A stretch of DNA of 64,000 nt, taken from positions 29,904-93,903 of the IMG/VR virus record IMGVR_UViG_3300003523_000012. One strand, 5' to 3'. This DNA is from a virus. Taxonomy: Duplodnaviria; Caudoviricetes. A model generated the notes under the pieces. The model worked only from the letters and a program-made list of their open reading frames with translations, was not told the origin of the DNA and did no database searches. The translations under genes and the position numbers were made by a program. Below are positions 36,995 to 47,166 of the stretch, one piece after another (the stretch's first letter is position 1; every line of letters begins with the position of its first letter).

Positions 36995-37318
36995 ATGAAA
37001 AAATCAACCCTTATTGCAGCTTTGATATTTCTGGCAATTACTGCCATAGCATTGTTGACCTCAACCCTTTTGCAATCTTGCTCTACTTCATATACTCCTC
37101 CAGCTAATAAAGAAGTAGTTAAGCCTGACACTTTACTTCATTATACTAATGTTAATAGGAATTTACATACCTCTTATAAAGAGATTGATGATGTTCTCAA
37201 TTTTGAGTATGAGGGTCACAAGTATATCCAATTCAATGTGTATTACAATCGTGGATTTGGCTTGAGTGTCCTTCATGATCCTAATTGTCCTTGTTTGCAA
37301 TCTAAAGATACTTTATAA
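36995..37318 (+). CDS. lipoprotein
   Basis: signal peptide ending LLQSC; C-terminal HDPNCPC. Confidence 0.7.
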   Translation: MKKSTLIAALIFLAITAIALLTSTLLQSCSTSYTPPANKEVVKPDTLLHYTNVNRNLHTSYKEIDDVLNFEYEGHKYIQFNVYYNRGFGLSVLHDPNCPCLQSKDTL

Positions 37319-37320
37319 TC

Positions 37321-37716
37321 ATGAGACTATGCTGGAAAATAAAAGATTGGTGGTTTGATATTCGCATGTGGTGGCAAAGAAAGACTCGAGGCTATTCAGA
37401 CATCGAAGTTTGGAATCTTGATGATTCTATTTGCAAGTGGGTCTTGCCTAGACTAAAAGCTTTTAGAGAAAGCACTATTGGTTATCCTAATGTTCCTGGT
37501 AAATGTGACACATTTGAAGATTGGCAAGCTATGGTTGATGAGATGATCTTTGGATTTGATTGGGCAATGAAAGAAGATGATTGGTATCATGAAAATGTGT
37601 TTTATAAGACTGGAAAAGAAAAAGAAGAAGCTTTAGAAGTATTTAATAATACAAGAGATAGAGCTCAAAAAGGTAGAGAATTATTTGGCAAGTGGATGAT
37701 GCATCTTTGGTGGTAG
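37321..37716 (+). CDS. conserved phage hypothetical protein (Trp-rich)
   Basis: RGYSD.EVWNLD...LPRLKAF...G.ELFGK...LW. Confidence 0.75.
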   Translation: MRLCWKIKDWWFDIRMWWQRKTRGYSDIEVWNLDDSICKWVLPRLKAFRESTIGYPNVPGKCDTFEDWQAMVDEMIFGFDWAMKEDDWYHENVFYKTGKEKEEALEVFNNTRDRAQKGRELFGKWMMHLWW

Positions 37717-37773
37717 AATGGAAAGATGATATCTATGATAGAAAGAAATAGAGAAAGATATGCTAATACATTG

Positions 37774-37805
37774 AAGGAGAGCTTAACTAGCTCTCCTTTT
37801 TTTTT
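37774..37805 (+). terminator. intrinsic terminator
   Basis: aaggagagct-taact-agctctcctt plus T tract. Confidence 0.8.
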
Positions 37806-37865
37806 GTTCGTTAAATATAAGAAAAGTGGAATATGTTTTTAATGTAAATTGATAAAATTAGAATT

Positions 37866-38357
37866 ATGGAGAACTCAATTATACTAAATGAAAGTATCAG
37901 TGGAATGACTCTTTACTCTTTTGATGTAAGATCTGATAAGGAGACCAGAAAGATTATTAGAGATAATATACCTTACAACTTTGCTGGTGTGTATATTTTC
38001 ACAGATGGTGGAAATAATCTCTATGTTGGACAAACTGGAGATATGATGAATCGCATGCTTGACCACATTTGTTCTATAACTTCAAAACAAAAGAGATTGA
38101 ATTCTACTCAGTTATTTATTAGAAATAGTGCAAAGAAAGTCTATATCTTTTGCGGTCCTGACCTTATGGAAGGACAAGTCAAGTGGTTGGAATCCAAACT
38201 TATAGAGATGATAACCAACAATGGAAAGTATCACCTTGTAAACTCTTCTCCATCTCAATATCCGAATATTCCTTCATGGGCAAAGCCTCATATCGATGAA
38301 GCATTAGAGAATATCATAAGCTACACTCAATTAGCTGGTTTAGATTATCTTAGCTAA
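37866..38357 (+). CDS. GIY-YIG nuclease family protein
   Basis: GVYIF...LYVGQT...R..DH...LE..LI...N; promoter motif at 37810-37837. Confidence 0.8.
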   Translation: MENSIILNESISGMTLYSFDVRSDKETRKIIRDNIPYNFAGVYIFTDGGNNLYVGQTGDMMNRMLDHICSITSKQKRLNSTQLFIRNSAKKVYIFCGPDLMEGQVKWLESKLIEMITNNGKYHLVNSSPSQYPNIPSWAKPHIDEALENIISYTQLAGLDYLS

Positions 38358-38552
38358 CTTTATAATAACTTCTAATGGAGGATCTTCTGAAAGAAGGTCC
38401 TCTAATTGTTTATCCAGCTCAGTATTAGTGACATCTATATAGTCATGACCTATCCAACCTTTCACTGATAATGTGTTCTTTCTAGGCTCTGAGAAATTCA
38501 TGTAGAGTCTTCCATCTTTGTCTCTGGCAATCCAAGCTGACACTTCTTTCAT
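38340..38552 (-). CDS. small hypothetical protein
   Basis: MKEVSAWIARDKDGRLY. Confidence 0.65.
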   Translation of the reverse strand: MKEVSAWIARDKDGRLYMNFSEPRKNTLSVKGWIGHDYIDVTNTELDKQLEDLLSEDPPLEVIIKLAKII

Positions 38553-38587
38553 TTTCTCTTTATTATTAGACATATAATAATGAAGAA

Positions 38588-39055
38588 ATGCCAAATAGAA
38601 ACATAAAACAACTAAAACCATCTAAGAACTCACCATTCAAGCAAGGCTACATCAATCCAAAGTCTTGCAAGAAAGTGTTTGAGTCTCAGAGGAACAAGCC
38701 AATCATATTCAGATCTTCTTATGAGAGAAAGTTTGTGTGGTGGTGTGAGACTTCTGACTTAGTGAAGCGCTGGGCTTCCGAGCCATTCTCTATAAACTAC
38801 TACAACCCATTAGACAAGAAGACTCACAACTACTGGCCAGACTACTTAGTAGAGTTCAATGATGGATCAATAATGGTTGTTGAGGTGAAGCCATGGTGCC
38901 AGACACAGAAACCAGATGCTCTATATGGTCCTGGTGATAGGGTATTTGATGACTATGTGAAGAACATGCAAAAGTGGAAAGCTGCGCGTGAGTTCTGTGA
39001 AGCCAGAAACATGCAATTTAAAGTGATTACCGAAAGGACAATATCGAAGCTATGA
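38588..39055 (+). CDS. T4 gp4-like head completion nuclease (TnsA-like)
   Basis: FKQG, RSSYE, WASEP, YWPD, EVKP..QT..P, KWKAA, F.VITE. Confidence 0.85.
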   Translation: MPNRNIKQLKPSKNSPFKQGYINPKSCKKVFESQRNKPIIFRSSYERKFVWWCETSDLVKRWASEPFSINYYNPLDKKTHNYWPDYLVEFNDGSIMVVEVKPWCQTQKPDALYGPGDRVFDDYVKNMQKWKAAREFCEARNMQFKVITERTISKL

Positions 39056-39122
39056 GATATTTACCGAAAGAACAATATCAAAACTTTGAGATTTATCGAA
39101 AAGTATTTCAAAACTCTAAGAT
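39027..39122 (+). repeat. three degenerate ~31-nt tandem repeats
   Basis: ttaccgaaaggacaatatcgaagctatgagat / ttaccgaaagaacaatatcaaaactttgagat / ttatcgaaaagtatttcaaaactctaagat. Confidence 0.7.
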
Positions 39123-39156
39123 CATATTATATTATATCTATAATCAATAATTATCC

Positions 39157-39420
39157 ATGGATAGCTACAAGATAATAGTTACAAAGAATGACAAGCAGAT
39201 TCTCCAATCAGAGACAGTGTTTCCTAGCTTTGTTGGCGAGGATCACTCAATAAGATTCGCTACCTTAGAGCTTCTGACGGAGATACTAGAGACTCATCCG
39301 AGTTTCTTTGATGACATATATGACATGCTAGTCAGATTACAAGACAAGGCAATTGAAGGACAAAGCATACGAAAGAAAAACATATGTCAGTGCAAATGCT
39401 TGAATGGTCAGGATGAATAA
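39157..39420 (+). CDS. hypothetical protein
   Basis: 87-aa ORF. Confidence 0.65.
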   Translation: MDSYKIIVTKNDKQILQSETVFPSFVGEDHSIRFATLELLTEILETHPSFFDDIYDMLVRLQDKAIEGQSIRKKNICQCKCLNGQDE

Positions 39421-39464
39421 TATCTTGACCTTTTCTATTTTAATACAAATAACTTTTTATCGAT

Positions 39465-40559
39465 ATGAACAAGTGCACTTTGCTTGTTGATGGAAACTGG
39501 CTCCTTATGAGTCGATTTGCTATGAACAAAGAGGGGTTTCTCGTGGATAACCCTAGTTTTGAGAAAGAGCTTGCTAAGAATGAGTGTGTCCAGCTGATGT
39601 CAAAGTCTATTGGTCTAGTGTTGTCTAGATTTGAAGGGATCATTGACAACATGATCTTAGTCTGTGATGGGCAATCTTGGAGAAAGAAAGTCTCTAAGCC
39701 AGCATCATTAGATGCAGACTATAAAGGCACTCGCGTGCGTGAGGAAGAGCTTGACTGGGATTGTATCTTTGATTGTCTTAGAATTCTAGAAGACAAGATC
39801 ACTAAGCTTGGATTCACAGTCTCACACACATTCAATGCTGAAGGTGATGATGCTATCTGGTACTGGAAATCTAAATTGAACCATGATGGGTGCAACTGTG
39901 TCATCTGGTCTTCTGACAATGACTTGAAGCAATTAGTCTCTTATGACAAAGGTGTGTTCACTGTGTGGTACAATGATCGTTATGGCTTGTTTGCTAGTGA
40001 GAAAGCTGGCTTGAGCTCTGATGATGACTTAGACTTCTTCATGATGGACTCTGAGATGCAGAAGACTAATGCAATACTAGAGTCTATGCAAGACAAAGGT
40101 GAGATCAACTTGAAGTATATCAACCCTGAAGATATAGTGATGGAGAAGATCATCTGTGGTGACAAGTCAGACAACATCAAAGCCGTAGTCCGTATTGGCA
40201 AGAATGGAAAGACTTACTCAGCTACTCCTAAGATGTGGAGTGAAGTCAAAGAAGAGCTAGGCATAAAAACTCTAGATGACTTCTTTGCTAATGAAGATGC
40301 TATTCTTGAGAGTCTTTACAGTCTTAAAAAGTTCAGAGGAACCACACTCACTCTTGAAGATATCCATGAGCAGTTTGATTACAACAGCAAACTGGTGTGG
40401 CTAGATGACTCAACTATCCCTCAAGAAGTCCAAGAAGGCATTGCTATGGTTCCTTATGTGGATAATGGTGATCTAGACATGCTTAAGATGGAGTCTACTA
40501 TAGTTGACCAGAAGGAGCAATCTGAAGTAGAAGACCTCATTGAAGATCTGCCATTCTAG
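39465..40559 (+). CDS. 5'-3' exonuclease / T4 RNase H-like flap endonuclease
   Basis: LLVDGN, SWRK, YKGTR, EGDD, SSDNDLKQL, GDKSDNI. Confidence 0.9.
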   Translation: MNKCTLLVDGNWLLMSRFAMNKEGFLVDNPSFEKELAKNECVQLMSKSIGLVLSRFEGIIDNMILVCDGQSWRKKVSKPASLDADYKGTRVREEELDWDCIFDCLRILEDKITKLGFTVSHTFNAEGDDAIWYWKSKLNHDGCNCVIWSSDNDLKQLVSYDKGVFTVWYNDRYGLFASEKAGLSSDDDLDFFMMDSEMQKTNAILESMQDKGEINLKYINPEDIVMEKIICGDKSDNIKAVVRIGKNGKTYSATPKMWSEVKEELGIKTLDDFFANEDAILESLYSLKKFRGTTLTLEDIHEQFDYNSKLVWLDDSTIPQEVQEGIAMVPYVDNGDLDMLKMESTIVDQKEQSEVEDLIEDLPF

Positions 40560-40606
40560 ACAGATTTCACATAACTATGTGATAATCAATACACTTTTTT
40601 GAAAAA

Positions 40607-40702
40607 TGGCGGCAGGGAGCCGATTATGCATGGGATGATTAATTTATCATCCCTTTCTTTTTCCGCCATCTAGGGCGGGCTGAGATATCTCCTCCGCCGC
40701 CC
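40607..40702. repeat. dispersed GC-rich element, copy 5
   Basis: gggatgattaatttatcatccc core; ttccgccatctagggcgggctgag identical to copy 6. Confidence 0.85.
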
Positions 40703-40817
40703 TGCCAGTTCACTTACCAACCCAGGATCCTGTAAATTTTTCTCTATCCAGGTTATGACTTGTTGTTGGATTGTCTTTATTATATATAGAGAAAAAAATA
40801 AAGAATTTGCTAGATCA

Positions 40818-43049
40818 ATGAAATCTATAAAGGATGAGATACTTTTAGTCATACCTTACATCAATGCAGGACAAGGAAATGAGCTTGAGCTTTCACTTAC
40901 AGGATGGAGAAAATTTTGCAAGTCGCCATTGAGAATCATTGTGATCGGTGACTATAATGAGTGTATAGAAGGAAAAGCAGAGCATATAGCATTTGAAAGA
41001 ATTAAAGATGCTCCTGGACAATATATCCCTAATATAGATGTAGCTAGAAAGCTAGACTATATTTATGAGAAGTTCCATAATGAGTATGACCATTTTGTCC
41101 TTGCTAATGATGATGAGTACCCTATAAAAGACTTTGACTGGAAATTCTTGACTAATGTGTACTTCTTGCAACCTAGCTTCATTGGCAACTCTGTAGCTCC
41201 AGTGAACTACTGGATCCACGATATGTCTAAGACTAGAGTTGCGCTGGATAAAGAGAAGAAAGGACATATCAATTTTTGCAACCACCATCCTTTCTATTTT
41301 GATATGGAGAAGTTCCACGATATGAGTGTAAAATTTGATCTAGCAAACAACTCTCTGATTCGTGAGAACCTCTATTACAACTATTATGAGATCAAGCATA
41401 TCTGCAATGTCAATGAGGTCAGATATGGGCAGTGGGACCAGAAAATGGATGGGTTGAACAATGCATTGAAAAACACAAAAATAAAATTTGTGTGCAACTC
41501 TACTACAGGCTGGAGCAAAACTTTAGAAGACACTATAAGGAAACATTATATTAGTAAAAGTGTTGAAGTAATTAAAGAGAACAAATTAGAAGTTTCAGAT
41601 GAGATAATAGTATCATTCACTTCTTGGAAGAAAAGAATTAATCTTTGTGCTAAAATGGTTGATAGAATGATGAACCAAACTATCAAGCCTAATAAAATTA
41701 TTTTGAATCTATCTACAGATGAGTTTCCTAATAAAGAAGAAGAATTACCTAAAGAATTAGTAGAGAAACAAAATGATGTGTTTGAGATCTATTGGGTGAA
41801 AGAGAATACTAAAGTATATAAAAAGATTATTCCTACATTAGAAAGATTTCCTAATGGTATAATTATTAGTATAGATGATGATATTGAATACCCTAATAAT
41901 GCAATAGAAATATTATATAAAAAATATAAAGAGACTAATAGATTAAATCCCATCTCTGCTGGAACATGGGACTGGGAAGGAGGAGTAGTATCTCATCTTG
42001 GATGCCTTACACTATTCACTAAAGATATGTTTGGTCCATACTTAAAAGACTTATATGAAAATGTAGTTCTTAAAGAAGGTATAGATACTATTCCTTTTGA
42101 TGATGCGATATTTACATATTCTATTCTATTGAATAAAAGAAAATATATTAGAGTAAATGAAATTACGAGTGTTCAACTAGTTAAAAGAAGTCCAGAGCAT
42201 AATAACAATAGACTTCTTCATCAATTGAAAGATACATATTCTATTTCATTAAATAGAGAGCATAAGATTCTTAGAGAATATATTAAAAATACTTATAATA
42301 AAACATATGATGATCTAATACATCCAAAAGAAGTAGAAAAATATTATTCAATAGGAAAAAAATATAATGATGAAAAAGCTATTATAAGTCTTACTTCTTG
42401 GAGAGCTAGAATCAATACTGTTTATAAAACTATTGATTCATTGTTATATAACTGTCCAGGCTTCCATATAGTATTGGTTCTTAGTGAAGAAGAATTTCCT
42501 AAAAAAGAAAATGAACTTCCAAAGTCTCTAATGAAATATGTTAATGAAAATAAAATTGAAATTCTTTGGGTATACAAGAATTATAAAGCTTTCAAAAAGG
42601 TATTATTTACTATGGATAAATATAAAGACGTTCCTATAATAAGTGCTGATGATGATTGTATATATCTTAGAAATTATGCAAAAGATCTTTATGATGAATG
42701 GTTAAGACATAAAACATGTTTTATCTCAATTTATGGAGAAAAAAGAAAGGATGGTGTTACACATACTGGTGGAGCAGCAACATTATATCCTCCATACATA
42801 TTCAAAGAAAATGGAATAAATTGTTTAACTGATGAAATTATACAGTATACAAATCAAGATGATGATTATTATACATGTTTAAAAGGAAAAATGAAACTAT
42901 TTGATGTAAGAATAATTAAAATTAGATGGAGAGATGTATATAAATTTCATAATGAAATAGAACCTCTTAATAAAGAAATAAGAAAAAAGAGTAAAAGTGA
43001 ACGAGAAAGAATATTTGAGTTTATAAATAAAAATATTGTTATATCTTAA
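40818..43049 (+). CDS. multi-domain glycosyltransferase (three GT-A-like modules)
   Basis: LANDD module plus two IIVSFTSW..RI...IISIDDD modules. Confidence 0.75.
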   Translation: MKSIKDEILLVIPYINAGQGNELELSLTGWRKFCKSPLRIIVIGDYNECIEGKAEHIAFERIKDAPGQYIPNIDVARKLDYIYEKFHNEYDHFVLANDDEYPIKDFDWKFLTNVYFLQPSFIGNSVAPVNYWIHDMSKTRVALDKEKKGHINFCNHHPFYFDMEKFHDMSVKFDLANNSLIRENLYYNYYEIKHICNVNEVRYGQWDQKMDGLNNALKNTKIKFVCNSTTGWSKTLEDTIRKHYISKSVEVIKENKLEVSDEIIVSFTSWKKRINLCAKMVDRMMNQTIKPNKIILNLSTDEFPNKEEELPKELVEKQNDVFEIYWVKENTKVYKKIIPTLERFPNGIIISIDDDIEYPNNAIEILYKKYKETNRLNPISAGTWDWEGGVVSHLGCLTLFTKDMFGPYLKDLYENVVLKEGIDTIPFDDAIFTYSILLNKRKYIRVNEITSVQLVKRSPEHNNNRLLHQLKDTYSISLNREHKILREYIKNTYNKTYDDLIHPKEVEKYYSIGKKYNDEKAIISLTSWRARINTVYKTIDSLLYNCPGFHIVLVLSEEEFPKKENELPKSLMKYVNENKIEILWVYKNYKAFKKVLFTMDKYKDVPIISADDDCIYLRNYAKDLYDEWLRHKTCFISIYGEKRKDGVTHTGGAATLYPPYIFKENGINCLTDEIIQYTNQDDDYYTCLKGKMKLFDVRIIKIRWRDVYKFHNEIEPLNKEIRKKSKSERERIFEFINKNIVIS

Positions 43050-43884
43050 GAATACTACCAAGAAACAAATCAGTTTCTGGGTTTTTATATTGTTGAAAAC
43101 CTGCAGCAGGAAAAAATGTCAATTCACTTAAATAAGGATTAGCATCAATTTCATAAAAGTCTACTCTTACAAAATTAAAATCTTCAGATAATATTTTTGC
43201 ATATTTTTTCATTATATCAAAAGAAGAAGGCTTTTTATCTAAACTATTAGGATTATTTTGAACATCTGTTCTAGATATATCAACAAAATTAAAATCCATA
43301 TCATAATAATTTAAATGGAACCCTTTATTACCCCTATCATTTATTACTTGACAGTATTTTGGTTCTCCATTAAAACATAAGAATTTATAATCAGTTAGCT
43401 CACCATTACTTTTATCCTTTACAAACTTTTCGGCAAATATTTTTCTCTCTATTGGATAATATGCCATTTCTTTTCCATACCAAGACCAGTCTTTTGAAAG
43501 CCAACTTTCAAATTTCTTTTTTGCAGAAACTTTATCTAAAACACCATTTCTTACAATAATATTTGTATGTGACCCATGGTTTGTCTTAAGAACAAAATCT
43601 TTTGGAAGTTCTGAAAAATCTATATCATCAAATTTATCCCAAATTCCAATTATTGGTATGAATAAATCTATACCAAGTTTTGATTTACAATAATCTCTTA
43701 CAAGTATCTTGTCACTACATTTTATTTTCAATGGGTTACTATCATAAATTTTTAGCCATTGTATTTTTTCAGTAAGAGTTCTACAATTATTTAAATCAAG
43801 ATTCTTTCCTGTTTGTTTTTTATATAATCTTTTTAATTCAGGAATTTGTTTTTCACAAAAATTGATCCATTTATTATTTTCCAT
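43039..43884 (-). CDS. TupA-like ATP-grasp protein
   Basis: TEKIQWLK, DKILVRDY, FVLKTNHGS, DYKFLCFNGEP, VRVDFY, ELTFFP. Confidence 0.88.
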   Translation of the reverse strand: MENNKWINFCEKQIPELKRLYKKQTGKNLDLNNCRTLTEKIQWLKIYDSNPLKIKCSDKILVRDYCKSKLGIDLFIPIIGIWDKFDDIDFSELPKDFVLKTNHGSHTNIIVRNGVLDKVSAKKKFESWLSKDWSWYGKEMAYYPIERKIFAEKFVKDKSNGELTDYKFLCFNGEPKYCQVINDRGNKGFHLNYYDMDFNFVDISRTDVQNNPNSLDKKPSSFDIMKKYAKILSEDFNFVRVDFYEIDANPYLSELTFFPAAGFQQYKNPETDLFLGSILKI

Positions 43885-44665
43885 AATTAAAAAGTTTTTT
43901 ATATTTTTCCATTATTTCTGGATACGCATTCAAGACATTATTCAACCATATATCTCTTCTTTCATATCCATTTTTATCCTTCTGGTGTGACCATGCAACT
44001 AAGCCAGATTTTTTACCATTATTTGGATCTATATCTTCACCCCAACCATAACTACAATGAACAATTGGAATATTATTTTTTACTATCCATGGTTGAAACC
44101 AACATTCATCACTAATAGGTGAAGTTCTATCTCTTATTTCTTGATTTTCTTCTGTAAGACATTCTATTGGATATATATCAGATGGTATCATACTTTGTCC
44201 ACACCATCTATACTTATTTACATATGGAGGACCATCTTTTGGAGTAGGATTTCCATAAAGTATATGTTTTCCATTATATCTATGTTGATCATATCTATTA
44301 TAACACACAATAGAATTTGGATATTGTTGAGCTTTGTTGATAACAGTTTCTATAAGGCTTTTATCATAAAATACATCATCATCAATAAGGAATACATAAG
44401 CATCTTTAATGAATTTAAATATTTCATGTCTTTTATGGACATAAGTGTTTTTCTTTACCCATTTCAAATAAACATTTTCATTACTATTTATTAAAGAATT
44501 CAATTCATCTGGCAAATCATTTTTTTTATTTGGAAATTCTTCAATGCTTAGCCATAAATAAATTTCATCTGGTTTAAGTGATTGTTCATTCAATAAAGCA
44601 TTTATTGACTTAGATATGTTAATTATCCTTTTTGGATAACTTGTCATACTAACGACAATTTTCAT
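43874..44665 (-). CDS. glycosyltransferase (GT-A-like)
   Basis: IVVSMTSYPKRI...LIDDDVFY. Confidence 0.75.
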   Translation of the reverse strand: MKIVVSMTSYPKRIINISKSINALLNEQSLKPDEIYLWLSIEEFPNKKNDLPDELNSLINSNENVYLKWVKKNTYVHKRHEIFKFIKDAYVFLIDDDVFYDKSLIETVINKAQQYPNSIVCYNRYDQHRYNGKHILYGNPTPKDGPPYVNKYRWCGQSMIPSDIYPIECLTEENQEIRDRTSPISDECWFQPWIVKNNIPIVHCSYGWGEDIDPNNGKKSGLVAWSHQKDKNGYERRDIWLNNVLNAYPEIMEKYKKLFNYGK

Positions 44666-45620
44666 AATACTCTTTATTATTTTTGAACCACTCTATAAAT
44701 AATTTTACACCAACATCAATTTTAATAGATGGAATATAATTATAATGCTCTTTAAGCTTTGTACAATCAGCATAAGTTCTTATCACATCACCCTTTTGCA
44801 TTGGAGCATATTGTATAATAGCTTTTTTTCCAATATTCTTTTCTAATTCATAAATGAAGTCCATAAGATTGATTGGATTTGAACAACCTATATTATATAT
44901 TTCATGAGGTTCTTCTCTATTAATATTTACAATTTGAATGATTCCATTTACAATATCATCTATATAAGTAAAATCTCTAAACATATTCCCATTGTTGAAA
45001 ACCTTTATTGGCTTTTCATTTTCAATAGAACTAGCAAAAAGTGCAGGAGCCATATCTGGTCTTCCACTTGGTCCATATACTGTAAAAAATCTTAATCCTA
45101 TGCATTGTATTCCATATAATGTGGAATAACATTCTGCAAGTTCTTCATTGCTTTTTTTTGTTGCAGCATATAAACTTACAGGATTATCAGTTTTATCTTC
45201 TTCTTTAAATGGAATCTTTTTATTTTTTCCATACACACTACTTGAAGAAGCATATATAAATTTCTTAATATTGAAATGTCTACAACACTCTAGTATATTG
45301 AAAAATCCTATAATATTACTATTTATATATGTTTTTGGATTTTCTATGCTATATCTTACACCAGCCTGAGCTGCTAGATTTATAACAATATCAATTTTAT
45401 TATTTTTAAAAATTGAACTAATATTGTCATAATCACAAAGATCATATTTGTAAAATGAAAAGTTCTTAAAAGAATTCAATTCACTTAATCTATATTCTTT
45501 TAACTTTACATTATAATATGAATTCATATTATCTATTCCTATTACATGTTTTTTATTAGTTAAAAGAGATTTGCATAAATGATATCCAATAAATCCAGAA
45601 CACCCAGTGATTAAAATCAT
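44649..45620 (-). CDS. NAD-dependent epimerase, UDP-glucuronate 4-epimerase-like
   Basis: TGCSGFIG, LAAQAGVRYS, ASSSSVYG, YAATK, RFFTVYGP.GRPDMA. Confidence 0.92.
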   Translation of the reverse strand: MILITGCSGFIGYHLCKSLLTNKKHVIGIDNMNSYYNVKLKEYRLSELNSFKNFSFYKYDLCDYDNISSIFKNNKIDIVINLAAQAGVRYSIENPKTYINSNIIGFFNILECCRHFNIKKFIYASSSSVYGKNKKIPFKEEDKTDNPVSLYAATKKSNEELAECYSTLYGIQCIGLRFFTVYGPSGRPDMAPALFASSIENEKPIKVFNNGNMFRDFTYIDDIVNGIIQIVNINREEPHEIYNIGCSNPINLMDFIYELEKNIGKKAIIQYAPMQKGDVIRTYADCTKLKEHYNYIPSIKIDVGVKLFIEWFKNNKEYYENCR

Positions 45621-45622
45621 CT

Positions 45623-46036
45623 CTAAATATGCTTTTTTATCATCCTCTCTACAAGAGGTGACTGCAATATCATTAATATACTTTTCTCATCATGAATAGT
45701 CCCAAATACTTTCTCATCATATCTTAATACTATTTTGATGTCTGAGAATTCTGATTCATTGCTTTTTAAATAAGCATCAAAGTAGTCAACATTCACTAGA
45801 TCCCCTTCTTCAGTAAAGAACACACCATTTGGAAATAGTTTAGTGGAAGAATAAGGCAACCCTATATAGTCGGTCAATTCTCTTGGAGTGAGATACATAG
45901 CGGTAACCATGTTTCCATAGCTAGAGAAAGTCACAATGTCAAAAGGCATCAAGTCACTTTTCAAACAATCATTAGGATCTGGGACATGAGCTTTATGTAT
46001 AGTCTTCTTTGATATTAAAGCTCTAAGTGGTCTCAT
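45623..46036 (-). CDS. LISK..IHRAH-leader family protein
   Basis: MRPLRALISKKTIHKAHV. Confidence 0.85.
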   Translation of the reverse strand: MRPLRALISKKTIHKAHVPDPNDCLKSDLMPFDIVTFSSYGNMVTAMYLTPRELTDYIGLPYSSTKLFPNGVFFTEEGDLVNVDYFDAYLKSNESEFSDIKIVLRYDEKVFGTIHDEKSILMILQSPLVERMIKKHI

Positions 46037-46440
46037 ACTGTTTTCAATTTTTTTAATATTTCCGGGACTTCATCAGTAAGATAAGCTTTTAGTTCATCAG
46101 AATTCTTGAAATTCACTTCTTTAGCATACACATAATCGGCATTGAACTGATGTAATAATTTATTATATGGGAAGTTTTTGTAGCTTTTAATATCATTCCA
46201 TCCTATATCATGGTTATTGTCATATCTTATGAAGGCGTAATCACATGGTGTCGAAATAGAATTTATTATTTTACTTGCTATACTTGTTCTGACATATGTG
46301 TAACAAAATCCATTTTCTAAATGAATCAGATACCCTTCTTTCAAATCATCTAGTTTGAAATTACTAGCTGGAGACCATTTGCCACTTACATGTGCTCGAT
46401 GTATAGTATTTTTTGATATCAATGCTTTTAAAGGTCTCAT
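46033..46440 (-). CDS. LISK..IHRAH-leader family protein
   Basis: MRPLKALISKNTIHRAHV; paralog of 46437-46841. Confidence 0.85.
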   Translation of the reverse strand: MRPLKALISKNTIHRAHVSGKWSPASNFKLDDLKEGYLIHLENGFCYTYVRTSIASKIINSISTPCDYAFIRYDNNHDIGWNDIKSYKNFPYNKLLHQFNADYVYAKEVNFKNSDELKAYLTDEVPEILKKLKTV

Positions 46441-46841
46441 GCAAATTTTAGTTTTTTTAATATCTCAGGAACTTCATGAAAAAGATAAAATGCTAGTTCT
46501 GTAGAGTCTTTGAATTTCACTTCTTTGTCATACACATAATCGACATTGAATATTGGCATTACATGATCTGGAAAATCTTTGTAATCATTAACACCATTCC
46601 ATTTTATACCATTTTTTTCATCATATCTTACAAAGACATAATCACATCTTGATGTGAAATTAGGGTTTATCAATTTACCTGCTATTTTTGTTCTGGCATA
46701 TGTGTAGCACAATCCATTTTCTGTGTGAATCAGATATCCTTCTTTCAAATCATCTAGTTTGAAATTATAAGCTGGAGACCAGCTGTTTATATGCGCCCGA
46801 TGTATAGTATTTTTTGATATCAATGCTTTTAAAGGTCTCAT
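46437..46841 (-). CDS. LISK..IHRAH-leader family protein
   Basis: MRPLKALISKNTIHRAHI. Confidence 0.85.
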   Translation of the reverse strand: MRPLKALISKNTIHRAHINSWSPAYNFKLDDLKEGYLIHTENGLCYTYARTKIAGKLINPNFTSRCDYVFVRYDEKNGIKWNGVNDYKDFPDHVMPIFNVDYVYDKEVKFKDSTELAFYLFHEVPEILKKLKFA

Positions 46842-46845
46842 TCTG

Positions 46846-47166
46846 TTAGATTAATTTATTAGGATTCTCACATAGATCTAAAAGATCATCATGCATGCTA
46901 CCTTTTATAAAATGATAAAGTTCATCTCGTTTCTTTTCACTTTTGAAGACCTTAGTATCCTTATGTCTGAATGGATAGACCTTTTTGAAACCATCATAAT
47001 CTACAATATAAAAATTCCATTTATCACTACTTATAACTCTATTCCCTATAGAGCTGGCAATGTGTTCATCTTCTTCAAATGGAAAAATAACATAATTGTA
47101 AGTATTTACTGTATGTGCTCTATGCAATGTCTTCTTTGATATCAAAGCTTCTTTAAGTCGTTTCAT
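46846..47166 (-). CDS. LISK..IHRAH-leader family protein (second body type)
   Basis: MKRLKEALISKKTLHRAHT. Confidence 0.85.
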   Translation of the reverse strand: MKRLKEALISKKTLHRAHTVNTYNYVIFPFEEDEHIASSIGNRVISSDKWNFYIVDYDGFKKVYPFRHKDTKVFKSEKKRDELYHFIKGSMHDDLLDLCENPNKLI

